This document shows, piece by piece, positions 9,709 to 19,088 of a stretch of DNA of 64,000 nucleotides. The notes beneath the pieces are model-generated. The model was not told the DNA's origin and searched no databases. It worked only from the letters and a program-made list of their open reading frames with translations. The DNA comes from an uncultured Rikenellaceae bacterium (GTDB lineage Bacteria; Bacteroidota; Bacteroidia; Bacteroidales; VadinHA17). The stretch lies in assembly GCA_964638545.1 (NCBI GenBank), contig CAZXAM010000005.1:30847-94846 (forward strand), given 5' to 3'. The translations under genes and the position numbers were made by a program. Each line of letters begins with the position of its first letter. The first letter of the stretch is position 1.

Positions 9709-10587
9709 ATGAAGCACAGGTCGGGTTTTGTGAATATCATGGGAAATCCCAACGTCGGGAAATCAACGATCATGAATGCGCTCGTAGGCGAGAAGCTCTC
9801 AATTATTACTTCAAAGGCACAGACGACCAGGCATCGCATTCTCGGCATTGTTAACGGTGATGAATTTCAGATTGTTTATTCCGACACTCCGGGGATTCTT
9901 AAGCCTAAGTATAAGCTTCAGGAAGCAATGATGAGCTTTGTCGACACTGCCCTGACCGATGCCGATGTCATACTTTATGTGACAGATGTCACTGAAAAAC
10001 CACTTGCTGAAAAGGAATACACCGAAAGGATAAGGTCATCAGGGATACCTGTAATTATTGCAATCAACAAAATTGATCTTTCAAATCAGGCTGATCTTGA
10101 AAGGATAGTCTCAGAGTGGGGTAAAGCCTTCCCTGATTCACCCGTGATCCCTGTTTCGGCGCTTGAGAATTTCAACCTGGAACAGCTGCTGGCAAACATC
10201 CTTCGAAAGCTTCCCTTTGGAGATCCGTTTTTCCCTAAGGATCAGCTGACGGACAAATACGAAAGATTTTTCGCTTCAGAGATCCTGCGTGAGAAGATCC
10301 TGAATAATTATAAGGAAGAGGTTCCCTATTGTGTCGAGACCGAGATTGAAGCCTTCAGGGATGAACAGAAGCTTATCAGGATCGCGGCTGTCATCCACGT
10401 TGCGCGGGAAAGCCAGAAAGGAATAATAATAGGCCACCGGGGCGCTATGCTGAAAAAGGTTGGAACCGAGGCAAGAAAAGACATGGAGGATTTTTTTGGG
10501 AAAAAGATCTTCCTTGAACTTTTTGTAAAAGTGACCAAAGACTGGAGAGACAAGCCGGCCACACTAAAAAGATTCGGATACCGTTAA
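9709..10587 (+). CDS. era: GTPase Era
   Basis: It carries G1 GNPNVGKST, G3 DTPG and G4 NKID, plus a C-terminal KH domain. The ORF track starts at TTG 9703; the ATG at 9709 is more likely. Confidence 0.9.
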   Translation: MKHRSGFVNIMGNPNVGKSTIMNALVGEKLSIITSKAQTTRHRILGIVNGDEFQIVYSDTPGILKPKYKLQEAMMSFVDTALTDADVILYVTDVTEKPLAEKEYTERIRSSGIPVIIAINKIDLSNQADLERIVSEWGKAFPDSPVIPVSALENFNLEQLLANILRKLPFGDPFFPKDQLTDKYERFFASEILREKILNNYKEEVPYCVETEIEAFRDEQKLIRIAAVIHVARESQKGIIIGHRGAMLKKVGTEARKDMEDFFGKKIFLELFVKVTKDWRDKPATLKRFGYR

Positions 10588-10602
10588 TTAACGACAGGGG
10601 AG

Positions 10603-11907
10603 ATGAGCAGAATAGTAGCTATAGTAGGAAGGCCAAATGTAGGGAAATCGACTCTTTTCAACCGGCTCACCGATTCAAGGGATGCCATAGTTGATGAGAT
10701 CAGCGGAGTAACCCGCGATCGCAACTACGGTACATGCACCTGGAACGGCATTGATTTTTCGGTGATCGATACAGGAGGATATGTAGAAGATTCCGATGAT
10801 ATCTTTGAGGAAGAGATCAACAAGCAGGTACTTCTTGCTATCGAGGAATCCGATTTAATACTTTTTATGGTCGATGTTACCTCAGGGGTGCATGAGCTTG
10901 ATAAATCTGTAGCAGGAATGCTCAGAAAATCAGGCAGAAAAGTCCTCCTTGTTGTTAACAAAGTTGATAACCACCAACGACTTCTCGATGCCCCTGAGTT
11001 TTTTTCTCTTGGTCTGGGTGAATACTTTGCATTAAGCTCAATGAGCGGCAGCGGCACCGGTGAGCTGCTCGATGCAGTTGTGTCATTTCTGCCCGACACT
11101 AAACCAGAGGAAGTTCCTGATGTTCCGAGAGTTGCTATTGTTGGACGGCCAAATGTAGGCAAATCTTCTCTTGTCAATTCGCTGCTCGGAGAGGAAAGAA
11201 ATATTGTCACTCCACTGGCTGGCACTACTCGCGATTCAATATACACCCGCTTCAATAAATACCAGCACGATTTTCTTCTGGTCGATACGGCAGGACTGAG
11301 GAAAAAGGGAAAGGTCAGCGAAGATGTCGAGTTCTACTCTGTAATGAGAGCAATAAGAACTATTGAGAGTTCAGATATCTGCCTGCTGATGATCGACGGC
11401 ACAAGAGGCCTGGAATCGCAGGATCTTAATATCATTTCGCTGATCATCAAGAACAACAAAGGACTGATTGTCCTGGTAAACAAATGGGATCTTGTTGAAA
11501 AGGAAAACAATACTGTAAAAACCATAGAACAGGAGATAAGGTCCAAAACAGCTCCCTTCGTTGATTATCCGATACTTTTCATATCTGCAACAAACAAGCA
11601 GAGAATACACAGGATCCTTGAACTTATTGCAGCAGTAAACAGTAACAGGACAAGAAAAATTAGCACTTCAGAGCTTAACGAAGTGATGCTTGAAATTATT
11701 AAGCAGAACCCTCCTCCTGCGCTCAAAGGCAAGTATGTTAAGGTAAAATATGTCACCCAACTGCCGACCTATACACCCTCATTTGCCTTTTTCTGTAACC
11801 TGCCGCAGTATGTTAAAGAACCATACAGACGATATGTTGAGAACCGGATGAGGGAAAAATATGAGTTTACAGGAGTTCCGTTAAGGATATTTTTCAGGAA
11901 AAAATAG
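10603..11907 (+). CDS. der: ribosome-biogenesis GTPase Der (EngA), double G-domain
   Basis: A 434-aa ORF with two GRPNVGKS P-loops, two NKVD/NKWD motifs, and a C-terminal KH-like domain. Confidence 0.9.
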   Translation: MSRIVAIVGRPNVGKSTLFNRLTDSRDAIVDEISGVTRDRNYGTCTWNGIDFSVIDTGGYVEDSDDIFEEEINKQVLLAIEESDLILFMVDVTSGVHELDKSVAGMLRKSGRKVLLVVNKVDNHQRLLDAPEFFSLGLGEYFALSSMSGSGTGELLDAVVSFLPDTKPEEVPDVPRVAIVGRPNVGKSSLVNSLLGEERNIVTPLAGTTRDSIYTRFNKYQHDFLLVDTAGLRKKGKVSEDVEFYSVMRAIRTIESSDICLLMIDGTRGLESQDLNIISLIIKNNKGLIVLVNKWDLVEKENNTVKTIEQEIRSKTAPFVDYPILFISATNKQRIHRILELIAAVNSNRTRKISTSELNEVMLEIIKQNPPPALKGKYVKVKYVTQLPTYTPSFAFFCNLPQYVKEPYRRYVENRMREKYEFTGVPLRIFFRKK

Positions 11908-11954
11908 TACTTTTTGGTTCAATTTTTGTGAGAAATTACATATATCGATCGTAA

Positions 11955-12476
11955 ATGAAAATATTAAGATACATATTTGCGGCTTCAGTTCTGGCCATTG
12001 CCCTTATATCATGCCGGAAAATAGAATCCCTTCCGGATACTCCGCATATAGAATTCAGGAGTTTTGATGTTTTCGATACAACCGACATACTTGGCAATAG
12101 TTACAAGGGAGGCAGGCTGAATATCTATTTTGAAGACGGAGACGGTGATCTGGGCTTATCTGCCCCTATTGGTGAAAATGATGATACGGTAAATATGTTT
12201 TTAACTCTTTACAGGAAATCAGGAAACCTCTTTCTGCCTGTACCGGAAAATGATCCGTTGCGCCCGTCAGATTACAGGATACCGTATATGGAAAGACTTG
12301 GCCAGAACAAGATCCTTAAGGGCATTATTTCTGTAACCTTCATGTATATATTCTACGAACCTGAGAATACAGATACGGTAAAGTACGAATTATCAATTAA
12401 GGACAGGAATCAGAACTTCAGTGAGACAATCTCCACGGCAGAGATTGCCCTTTCTCGCAACGGAACATATATCTAA
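11955..12476 (+). CDS. hypothetical lipoprotein
   Basis: A 173-aa ORF with a signal peptide and lipobox-like LALISC. I recognise no family. Confidence 0.5.
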   Translation: MKILRYIFAASVLAIALISCRKIESLPDTPHIEFRSFDVFDTTDILGNSYKGGRLNIYFEDGDGDLGLSAPIGENDDTVNMFLTLYRKSGNLFLPVPENDPLRPSDYRIPYMERLGQNKILKGIISVTFMYIFYEPENTDTVKYELSIKDRNQNFSETISTAEIALSRNGTYI

Positions 12477-12483
12477 AGGAAAA

Positions 12484-15400
12484 TCAGAGACGCACTCCCA
12501 TCATCAGGATGTCATCAACCTGATCATATTCGCCTTTCCATTCTTCATAAAACTTCGATATTACTTCTCTCTGTCCCGGTAAAGGCAGGCTGTTGACATC
12601 TTCAATCAGTTTCTTGAGCCTGGCGATCTTCATCTTCTTGCCGTCTGTTCCTCCGAACTGGTCGGGAAGTCCGTCAGAGAACAGGTAAATTGAATCACCG
12701 GCATTGAGGTAATATTCCTGGTCATCAAAGTATTTTTCAATCACCGATTCCCCGCCGACCGAACACCTGTTTCCCTTTACGTATAGCGGTTCTCCGCCCA
12801 GGACAAGAATTACAGGCCGCATGGCGGAAGCAAATCTGATATGGCGCTTCTTAATATTGATCTCACAGATCACCATATCCATTCCGTCATTTGAAACTCC
12901 CAGTTCCACATTCTGGTTCAGAGTCGAGAAGATCTGTCTGTCAAGCATTTTCAACACTTCAGATGGCTTTGTAATTCTCTGACGGGTAACTATATCCTGA
13001 AGGATAGTGGATCCGATCATCGACATGAACGCCCCCGGGACACCGTGACCCGTGGAATCAGCGCAGACTAGAATAAACTTGTCTTCGCTGAACTTGTCAA
13101 ACCAGTAAAAATCACCGCTTACGATATCACGTGGTTTGAAAAACAGGAAAGCGTCATTGAAGGTTTCTTCCACCTTGCCAAAATCAGGCAGGATGCTCGA
13201 TTGTATTCTTTTAGCATAGTTTATGCTGTCAGTAATTTCAATGTTCTGAAGTTCTATCTTGTCTTTCTGCTTCAGCACAACACTTGTCCTGGCTTCAAGT
13301 TCCTTTTCAAGGTATGCCTGTATCTTTTTCTGCTCCTTTTCCCTCTGTCTTACGTAAAGTACCGCAGCTCCAGAAATCACCGCAATGCTTAACAGCACAA
13401 ACCACCATGTCCTCCAGAAAGGCTTCTTGATATACAGCTGGAATACCACAGGATTCTCGTCCGACAGACCGTAATCGTTTACCGATCTCATCATGAACTT
13501 GTACCTGCCGTCAGCGGGACTATAGATTACTTCCCTATCGGTTGTAATTTCTGACCACTCATCAAAATAGTTCTCAAGGATCGTCTCATAGTAAACTTTT
13601 TCCGGATCCTTAAGATTTATGCCGACATAGTTAACTGTTATCTTGTAACGCTTGCTGTAAGGCAATGTGTAGGAAGACTGCAGGGGGTAAACAGAATCAT
13701 TTATCGAGACATAATTGATATTATTAATAGGAGCTCTTTTGGGCTTCAGGTCATTCATCCTGTCATATACAATGAATCCCTGTGTCGTGCCAATGAATAT
13801 CTTACCGTCAGGAGATTCATAGATCCCGTCAGGATTGCATAGGCCTCCTCCCGTAAAATCGATGCCGAATGTTCTCACCGTTCCCTTCTCACGGTTAAAA
13901 ACCGAGAACCCGCCATCATGCCCGACCCATATCCTGTCGAGTGAATCAGCGGCAATGCTGTAGCAGAAGTCTGACATCAGGAGATCTGACCTTGAATAAG
14001 ACCTCAATGAATCATTGTAGAATTCAAATATCCCGTTCCCTTTTGTAGAAGCCCAGATATGGCCATCACTTGTCTGACAGAAGGATATAATTTCATTTCT
14101 TGTTGTGCCAGCCATAACAGCCTTGCCCTGTATTACGCCATTTTCGGGATCAATAGTATAAAGACGGTCGGCAACCATGGCGATAACTGCTTTCCCATCG
14201 GATGTCAGGAATATCTTTCGTATTCCGTTATGCGGCAGCCCTGTGTAATTATCATACCTGGCTTTGAATACATTGCCCGAACCTTTCCTGTTCAGTATTA
14301 CTACACCGTTCAGAGTGCCAAGCCAGGCATATTTACTGTCGACTTCTATGTCGGTGACATTGTCTTCACTGCTGTTCCCGTTCCTGTAAAACAACTTCAG
14401 GTTACCGGAAGCATCCCTGATAAAGACGCCTCCTCCGTTGGTGCCTATCCATATGTTATTATCTGAATCAACACAGTAAGACAGTATCTCATATTTTGAA
14501 GAAATCTCCTTCAGGCTGTCAAAGGACTTCGTTTTTCCTGTTCCGGGATCAAAGATCCAGTAACCTGACGGTGTTCCCATAAGGTATTCTTCCCGTATCT
14601 TATGTACATAAATAATATTATCCCTTGCTGTTGCAGTGCCCGGAGAAAAAATACTGAAAGCGAGGGAATTCAGGATTGAGAGGCCGTCGCCGGAAAGTCC
14701 GATCCAGTAATTGCTTTCCATGTCCTGGTAAACCAATTTTACATTATTTCCCTTAAGGCCTGAATTCTGGTTAAAGTTTCTTACACTGCTTATCTCTCCC
14801 TGCTCCGAGAACTTAATCTGAATTGCTCCTGCCCCGATTGTTGACACCCACAAGTTCCCGTCTGAATCTCCGGCAATTGACTGAACATCCAGAGACTCGA
14901 TCTCAGGCACGTTTATGAACCTTCCGATGGTTCCATTTGTGCCTGATAAGGTCAGCCTGAATATCCCGTTTCCACTCGTGCCCGCTACATAATTTGCTGA
15001 GTTCCCTGCTTTGAAGATCGCCGTAACGCTTGAATAATCGAACCCTGTGACAGTATTCAGGACACTGAGTGATTGATCCCCAAAATCCATTATGCTGATG
15101 TTTTCCTGAGTACCAAGCAGAAGTTTCCCCTCGCTGGTGAAACAAGCTGAAAAAACCATCAGACCCGGATCAAGGCTGAATTTTTTTATTGCTGTCGGAT
15201 CATCAGGATCTATCCTTATTACAGACTCGACCTGTGGAAAAATATAGATGTATTTATCAGGTCCTTCAAGCATTGAGACAATTGCCCGTTCATTTTTCGT
15301 CGGAACCTGGGTTAAAGTTGTTCCCTCGGAATAATAGACAGTACCATCCTGGCATCCGAACCAGAGATTTCCGTTCTTGTCCTTCAGGCTGGCAGTAGGA

Positions 15401-15654
15401 TAACGTTCCGCAGAGAAATCCGGAAAGTCTATCCTGTAGAAATTAAATCCGTCAAATTTTGAAAGTCCTCTGCCGGTCCCGACCCACAGGTAACCATTGT
15501 TATCCTGCACAATCGAGTAAATGAATGAACTGGGGATATTGCTTTCTGCTCCATAATTCCTGAACCTGTATGACTGGCTGTAAGCAGACGATGAAAATAA
15601 CGTCATGCACAAGAGGGTGCTGATAAATACCTTTCTGAAAAATCCTCGCAACAT
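12484..15654 (-). CDS. periplasmic beta-propeller / Y_Y_Y-type sensor fused through one TM helix to a cytoplasmic SpoIIE/PP2C phosphatase
   Basis: A 1056-aa ORF with a signal peptide. It has repeated GxxxG(L/I)xxFD and LWVGT/IWIGT motifs like two-component-regulator propellers. A TM helix (WWFVLLSIAVISGAAVLYV) and a coiled coil follow. The PP2C motifs are GDFYWF, CADSTGHGVPGAFMS, SDGLPDQFGG and DDILMMGVRL. Confidence 0.8.
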   Translation of the reverse strand: MLRGFFRKVFISTLLCMTLFSSSAYSQSYRFRNYGAESNIPSSFIYSIVQDNNGYLWVGTGRGLSKFDGFNFYRIDFPDFSAERYPTASLKDKNGNLWFGCQDGTVYYSEGTTLTQVPTKNERAIVSMLEGPDKYIYIFPQVESVIRIDPDDPTAIKKFSLDPGLMVFSACFTSEGKLLLGTQENISIMDFGDQSLSVLNTVTGFDYSSVTAIFKAGNSANYVAGTSGNGIFRLTLSGTNGTIGRFINVPEIESLDVQSIAGDSDGNLWVSTIGAGAIQIKFSEQGEISSVRNFNQNSGLKGNNVKLVYQDMESNYWIGLSGDGLSILNSLAFSIFSPGTATARDNIIYVHKIREEYLMGTPSGYWIFDPGTGKTKSFDSLKEISSKYEILSYCVDSDNNIWIGTNGGGVFIRDASGNLKLFYRNGNSSEDNVTDIEVDSKYAWLGTLNGVVILNRKGSGNVFKARYDNYTGLPHNGIRKIFLTSDGKAVIAMVADRLYTIDPENGVIQGKAVMAGTTRNEIISFCQTSDGHIWASTKGNGIFEFYNDSLRSYSRSDLLMSDFCYSIAADSLDRIWVGHDGGFSVFNREKGTVRTFGIDFTGGGLCNPDGIYESPDGKIFIGTTQGFIVYDRMNDLKPKRAPINNINYVSINDSVYPLQSSYTLPYSKRYKITVNYVGINLKDPEKVYYETILENYFDEWSEITTDREVIYSPADGRYKFMMRSVNDYGLSDENPVVFQLYIKKPFWRTWWFVLLSIAVISGAAVLYVRQREKEQKKIQAYLEKELEARTSVVLKQKDKIELQNIEITDSINYAKRIQSSILPDFGKVEETFNDAFLFFKPRDIVSGDFYWFDKFSEDKFILVCADSTGHGVPGAFMSMIGSTILQDIVTRQRITKPSEVLKMLDRQIFSTLNQNVELGVSNDGMDMVICEINIKKRHIRFASAMRPVILVLGGEPLYVKGNRCSVGGESVIEKYFDDQEYYLNAGDSIYLFSDGLPDQFGGTDGKKMKIARLKKLIEDVNSLPLPGQREVISKFYEEWKGEYDQVDDILMMGVRL

Positions 15655-15664
15655 CCCCCTTTTC

Positions 15665-16663
15665 TTATTTTGGTTTAGGAATCTTTCTTACACCCACTTT
15701 TCCTTCATAGTAAGGAACTCCTCCTATGGGTGAACTAAAGAATGGAAGGGCTTCTCCATACTGGTTTTCAATGGTGACCACAACATTATTGTTCTTTACA
15801 AGCTCTCCCTGTCTCTTGTAGAACTGAAAATCGAGCGATCCTCCTATCTCAGCGGGTTCAATACTGACCCTCGATTCATTCCAGTCAGCTTCTTTCGAGT
15901 GGTTTGCCTTGAGTCCCTGCTTATATCTTGAGACAACAAGGATATCACCGTCATCATCCCAGTCAAAATTCCTTTGCTTCACCCAAATCACACCGGTATC
16001 TACATAAGGATAAATATGAGAAAGGCTTTTGAAATCATTCCACATCCTGAAAGTATATTCATAGGTAAAGGCATTTCCTCCTTCAACCGGAATGTTGTTT
16101 TCAGGATCTCGGCTCAGAAAAAAGCGGTACAGATTCCCGTCGTCCCCGCTAACTCCTTCAATCACTATTTTGAACATGAATACCGGCCACTTTCTGCTGG
16201 GGTCGCCTGCTGTGGGATTAAAGGGACCGAATGTATAATATTGGTTATCATACCTTGCTTCGCTTCCGAAAGTTCTGGTAGCAAGAAGAGTTCCTTTCTT
16301 ATAATTCTCACCGCTTTTCAATCCCTTTGATTCTTCATTCTGATCGGGATCGACTCCCTTTCCTCCGTAAATTGAAAAAGAAGTCCTTGTATTGAATTCG
16401 CCCTGAATTTCATCATGCTCCCCGCCGCAGTCGGGATCAAAGACCCTGATATAAAAAGGCTGGGTGAAGTTCCTTGGAATGCTGAAGAACCATACCTGGT
16501 AGAAATCATCGTCACCCCACGATACTTGTCCGTATTTCCCGAATGTGACAAGAAAAGGTATATTTTCATCTTTGCCGGGGACGGCCTGCCCTGACAATGA
16601 CGTCCACCCCAGAGGGATCAGGACTAAGATTGATATTAATATGGTTTTAAGGAATCTCATCAA
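15665..16663 (-). CDS. secreted hypothetical protein (no recognisable family)
   Basis: A 332-aa ORF with a signal peptide, tightly packed between the PD40/PKD gene and the SpoIIE gene (26-nt and 10-nt gaps). Confidence 0.55.
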   Translation of the reverse strand: MMRFLKTILISILVLIPLGWTSLSGQAVPGKDENIPFLVTFGKYGQVSWGDDDFYQVWFFSIPRNFTQPFYIRVFDPDCGGEHDEIQGEFNTRTSFSIYGGKGVDPDQNEESKGLKSGENYKKGTLLATRTFGSEARYDNQYYTFGPFNPTAGDPSRKWPVFMFKIVIEGVSGDDGNLYRFFLSRDPENNIPVEGGNAFTYEYTFRMWNDFKSLSHIYPYVDTGVIWVKQRNFDWDDDGDILVVSRYKQGLKANHSKEADWNESRVSIEPAEIGGSLDFQFYKRQGELVKNNNVVVTIENQYGEALPFFSSPIGGVPYYEGKVGVRKIPKPK

Positions 16664-16688
16664 CTTCTAAATTTAAAACATTTTCGCT

Positions 16689-18122
16689 TCAGGGTTGCCT
16701 GGTGATAATTATATTTTTGCACACGCAGGCTTCCCTGACAACTCCTCCCGGCTCCGGCTCAGTTGTTACAATAAGCTGGATATTGTAAGTACCCGGTTTT
16801 GCATATGTGTTAACAACATCCTTGCCAATTGCAACATTTTCGTCATCAAAGTTCCAGTAGTACTTGGCAATATTCCACTCCGGAAGGTTTGTGCTGTCGG
16901 CATTGAAGCTCAGGCTCTGCCCCGTCACTCCTCTATCAGGACCTGAAATATAAGGTTGTTCATAATCCTGAATATCAAGCTTATACGTCTTTTCATTATA
17001 GAATACCTCCTTGGAAATAAGGTTGACAACATCAAGCTGTACAACATAAATCCCCGGACCCGGGAAACAATGAATAACTGAAGAGCCTATGCCCCTGGGA
17101 CTTCCATCGCCGAAGTTCCACTCATACCGGAAGGGGATGGTGTCGAACTTTACGGCATTTTCTTCAAATAGCTCGTAGCAATAAGAGTTTTCAACCAGAG
17201 TGTCGCATGAAGCTTTGCGGATGATCAATGATCTGAACTCGTAAATATCGTCATTGCTGCGGCGGTTGGAAGAGAAATATCCTGTCTGCAGATCGATATC
17301 TGCCACAAAAGCAAAATCATCACCGGTAGAATTTACAGGCTCCGGCAAATGAAGAGGTTCTTCCCACTCGCCATTCTTCAGTACGGTGTAATATACATCC
17401 CTCCTTCCTTTTCCTCCTTGCCTGTTGGATGAAAAGTAGAGCCTGCCTGTCGGATGCATGAAGGGGAAATTATCAATGCCCTGGGAGTTTACCTTAGGGC
17501 CAAGATTGACAGGTGTGCTCCATTGCCCATTTATCAATTCGCAGTAGTAAAGGTCTGTTCCTCCCTGTCCCCCCGGCATATTCGAGGCAAAGAATAAAAG
17601 TTTTCCATCGGCGCTTATTGATGGTTGTCCGATATCGTATTGCGGATTGTTGTGTGGAAAAGGGCGGAGAGATGTAAGTTCATTTCCTGCCAGTTCGGCA
17701 ATGAAAATACCGCTTCGATTCCTGAAAGTTCTCTTCTTTGTAACCGGGCCTGTTTCAATTTCGCTGGTGAAGTAAACTGTTTTATTGTCAGGGGCCAGGC
17801 ACAAAGGTCCGTTATTAAAAAGCTTGCTCCTTTCACTTGTAAGCTCAGCCGGTTTTTCCCAGTCGGTACTGTCTTTCTTCCGTGCAATATACAGATTGTA
17901 CAGACGCTTTCCCTCGAAGGATTTTCTGTCCTTTACAGCGCTGAATCTCCGGTCAGAACAGAAAATAATTCCGTCTTTGTAAATCACCGGAGATATTTCG
18001 CTGAAGGCGCTTTCATTGACTGAAATACGCTTGATTTCATAGAGCGACTGTTTCTTTTCCTGGGCTTTGCAGGTCAGGACCAGAAGAATAAGCAAGACAC
18101 TATTTATAACTTTCCTCAACAT
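16689..18122 (-). CDS. secreted protein with TolB-like PD40 repeats and two C-terminal PKD domains
   Basis: A 477-aa ORF with PD40-like repeats (SPxxSxDGKxLxFxSxR..GGxDLY). It has two PKD signatures: YEWNFGDGSPRG...GPGIYVVQLDV and YYWNFDDENV...KPGTYNIQLIV. Confidence 0.7.
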   Translation of the reverse strand: MLRKVINSVLLILLVLTCKAQEKKQSLYEIKRISVNESAFSEISPVIYKDGIIFCSDRRFSAVKDRKSFEGKRLYNLYIARKKDSTDWEKPAELTSERSKLFNNGPLCLAPDNKTVYFTSEIETGPVTKKRTFRNRSGIFIAELAGNELTSLRPFPHNNPQYDIGQPSISADGKLLFFASNMPGGQGGTDLYYCELINGQWSTPVNLGPKVNSQGIDNFPFMHPTGRLYFSSNRQGGKGRRDVYYTVLKNGEWEEPLHLPEPVNSTGDDFAFVADIDLQTGYFSSNRRSNDDIYEFRSLIIRKASCDTLVENSYCYELFEENAVKFDTIPFRYEWNFGDGSPRGIGSSVIHCFPGPGIYVVQLDVVNLISKEVFYNEKTYKLDIQDYEQPYISGPDRGVTGQSLSFNADSTNLPEWNIAKYYWNFDDENVAIGKDVVNTYAKPGTYNIQLIVTTEPEPGGVVREACVCKNIIITRQP

Positions 18123-18125
18123 AAC

Positions 18126-19088
18126 TTAAAAGTACCTTGGATTTGAGGCGCTAACCCTGGATCCGAACTCATACCTCAGCACAAATTCGGTTGATCCTTT
18201 GGAATAGGTTGTCATCCTTCCAACGGGGTAGTCGTACGAAAATCCGATCATAAGCTGCTGTCCTGCGTTGACCTGAATATGTCCGACGATCACCTGTTCA
18301 GTTGTTCTCCATGAAGCGCCCAGCCAGATGAGATCGGAAATAATGAAATTCCCGTTTAAATCGAGCTGGTTGACCAGTTTAGCATCGTGGAATGAAAGAT
18401 CAAGAAGAAAAGACTGCTTGAATTTCAGTGCCTGTGAAATTGTAAGTAATCCTCCGGCAGAGAAGATAAGGTCATATTCGCTGAAGGAGTGGTATGCCTG
18501 TGTTTTTCCGCTGCCTGTGCTCCTGTAGAAAAGGAAAGAGGGCACTGAAATTCCGGCAAATATCTTGTCGGAGAAATAATAGGCTCCGGCACCTGCGTTT
18601 GGAAATACGTAAGCCAGCTTTCCGTTGGCCGGGATTACTGGATCGGTGAGATCAATATCCCGCAATCCATTATAATCAGTATTTGACATGTCGACCCCTG
18701 CCTTCAGCCCGAAAGATATTTTCCCGGTCTTCAGCCTTATGTGATAGGCATAAATGGCGTAGATGCTTGATGATTTTGTTATCCCGTACTGCATGAACTG
18801 CGCATTCAGACCAAGTGCTACTTTATCATTCTTCATCGGAGTGTGGAGCGAAACAGACTGCAGGCGCGGTGCATTATCAATTCCCATCCACTGCAGCCTG
18901 TACGAAAGCGCTGCCGTCAGTGCTTCACGCGTACCTGCATAAGCCGGATTGATCATCAATCCGTTATGGATATACTGACTGTAAACCGGGTAACCGAGAG
19001 TGATCCTGGCTGAATCATTGCCCTGGCCAAATGATCTGTCCTGGACAAGGATAAAAAACATCAGTAATATGAATACAGCCCTTTTCAC
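18126..19088 (-). CDS. type IX secretion system membrane protein, PorP/SprF family
   Basis: A 320-aa ORF with the signature YSQYIHNGLMINPAYAGTREALTAALSYRLQWMGIDNAP. It overlaps the stop of the upstream type-B CTD protein by 4 nt, which is the canonical pairing. Confidence 0.85.
   Translation of the reverse strand: MKRAVFILLMFFILVQDRSFGQGNDSARITLGYPVYSQYIHNGLMINPAYAGTREALTAALSYRLQWMGIDNAPRLQSVSLHTPMKNDKVALGLNAQFMQYGITKSSSIYAIYAYHIRLKTGKISFGLKAGVDMSNTDYNGLRDIDLTDPVIPANGKLAYVFPNAGAGAYYFSDKIFAGISVPSFLFYRSTGSGKTQAYHSFSEYDLIFSAGGLLTISQALKFKQSFLLDLSFHDAKLVNQLDLNGNFIISDLIWLGASWRTTEQVIVGHIQVNAGQQLMIGFSYDYPVGRMTTYSKGSTEFVLRYEFGSRVSASNPRYF

Noticed and set aside
10725-11255. Long antisense ORFs inside well-supported genes. 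Examples: 10725..11255 in der, 23797..24390 in the kinase, 28880..29410 in yihY, and 33010..33594 in valS. Others are 44538..45014 and 45521..46003 in ftsZ, 48275..48820 in murC, and 57021..57554 in ftsI.
   Set aside because: Each lies fully within a gene whose product has unambiguous family motifs. Their own translations are Ser/Leu/Ile-rich with no recognisable motifs. They are typical shadow ORFs.
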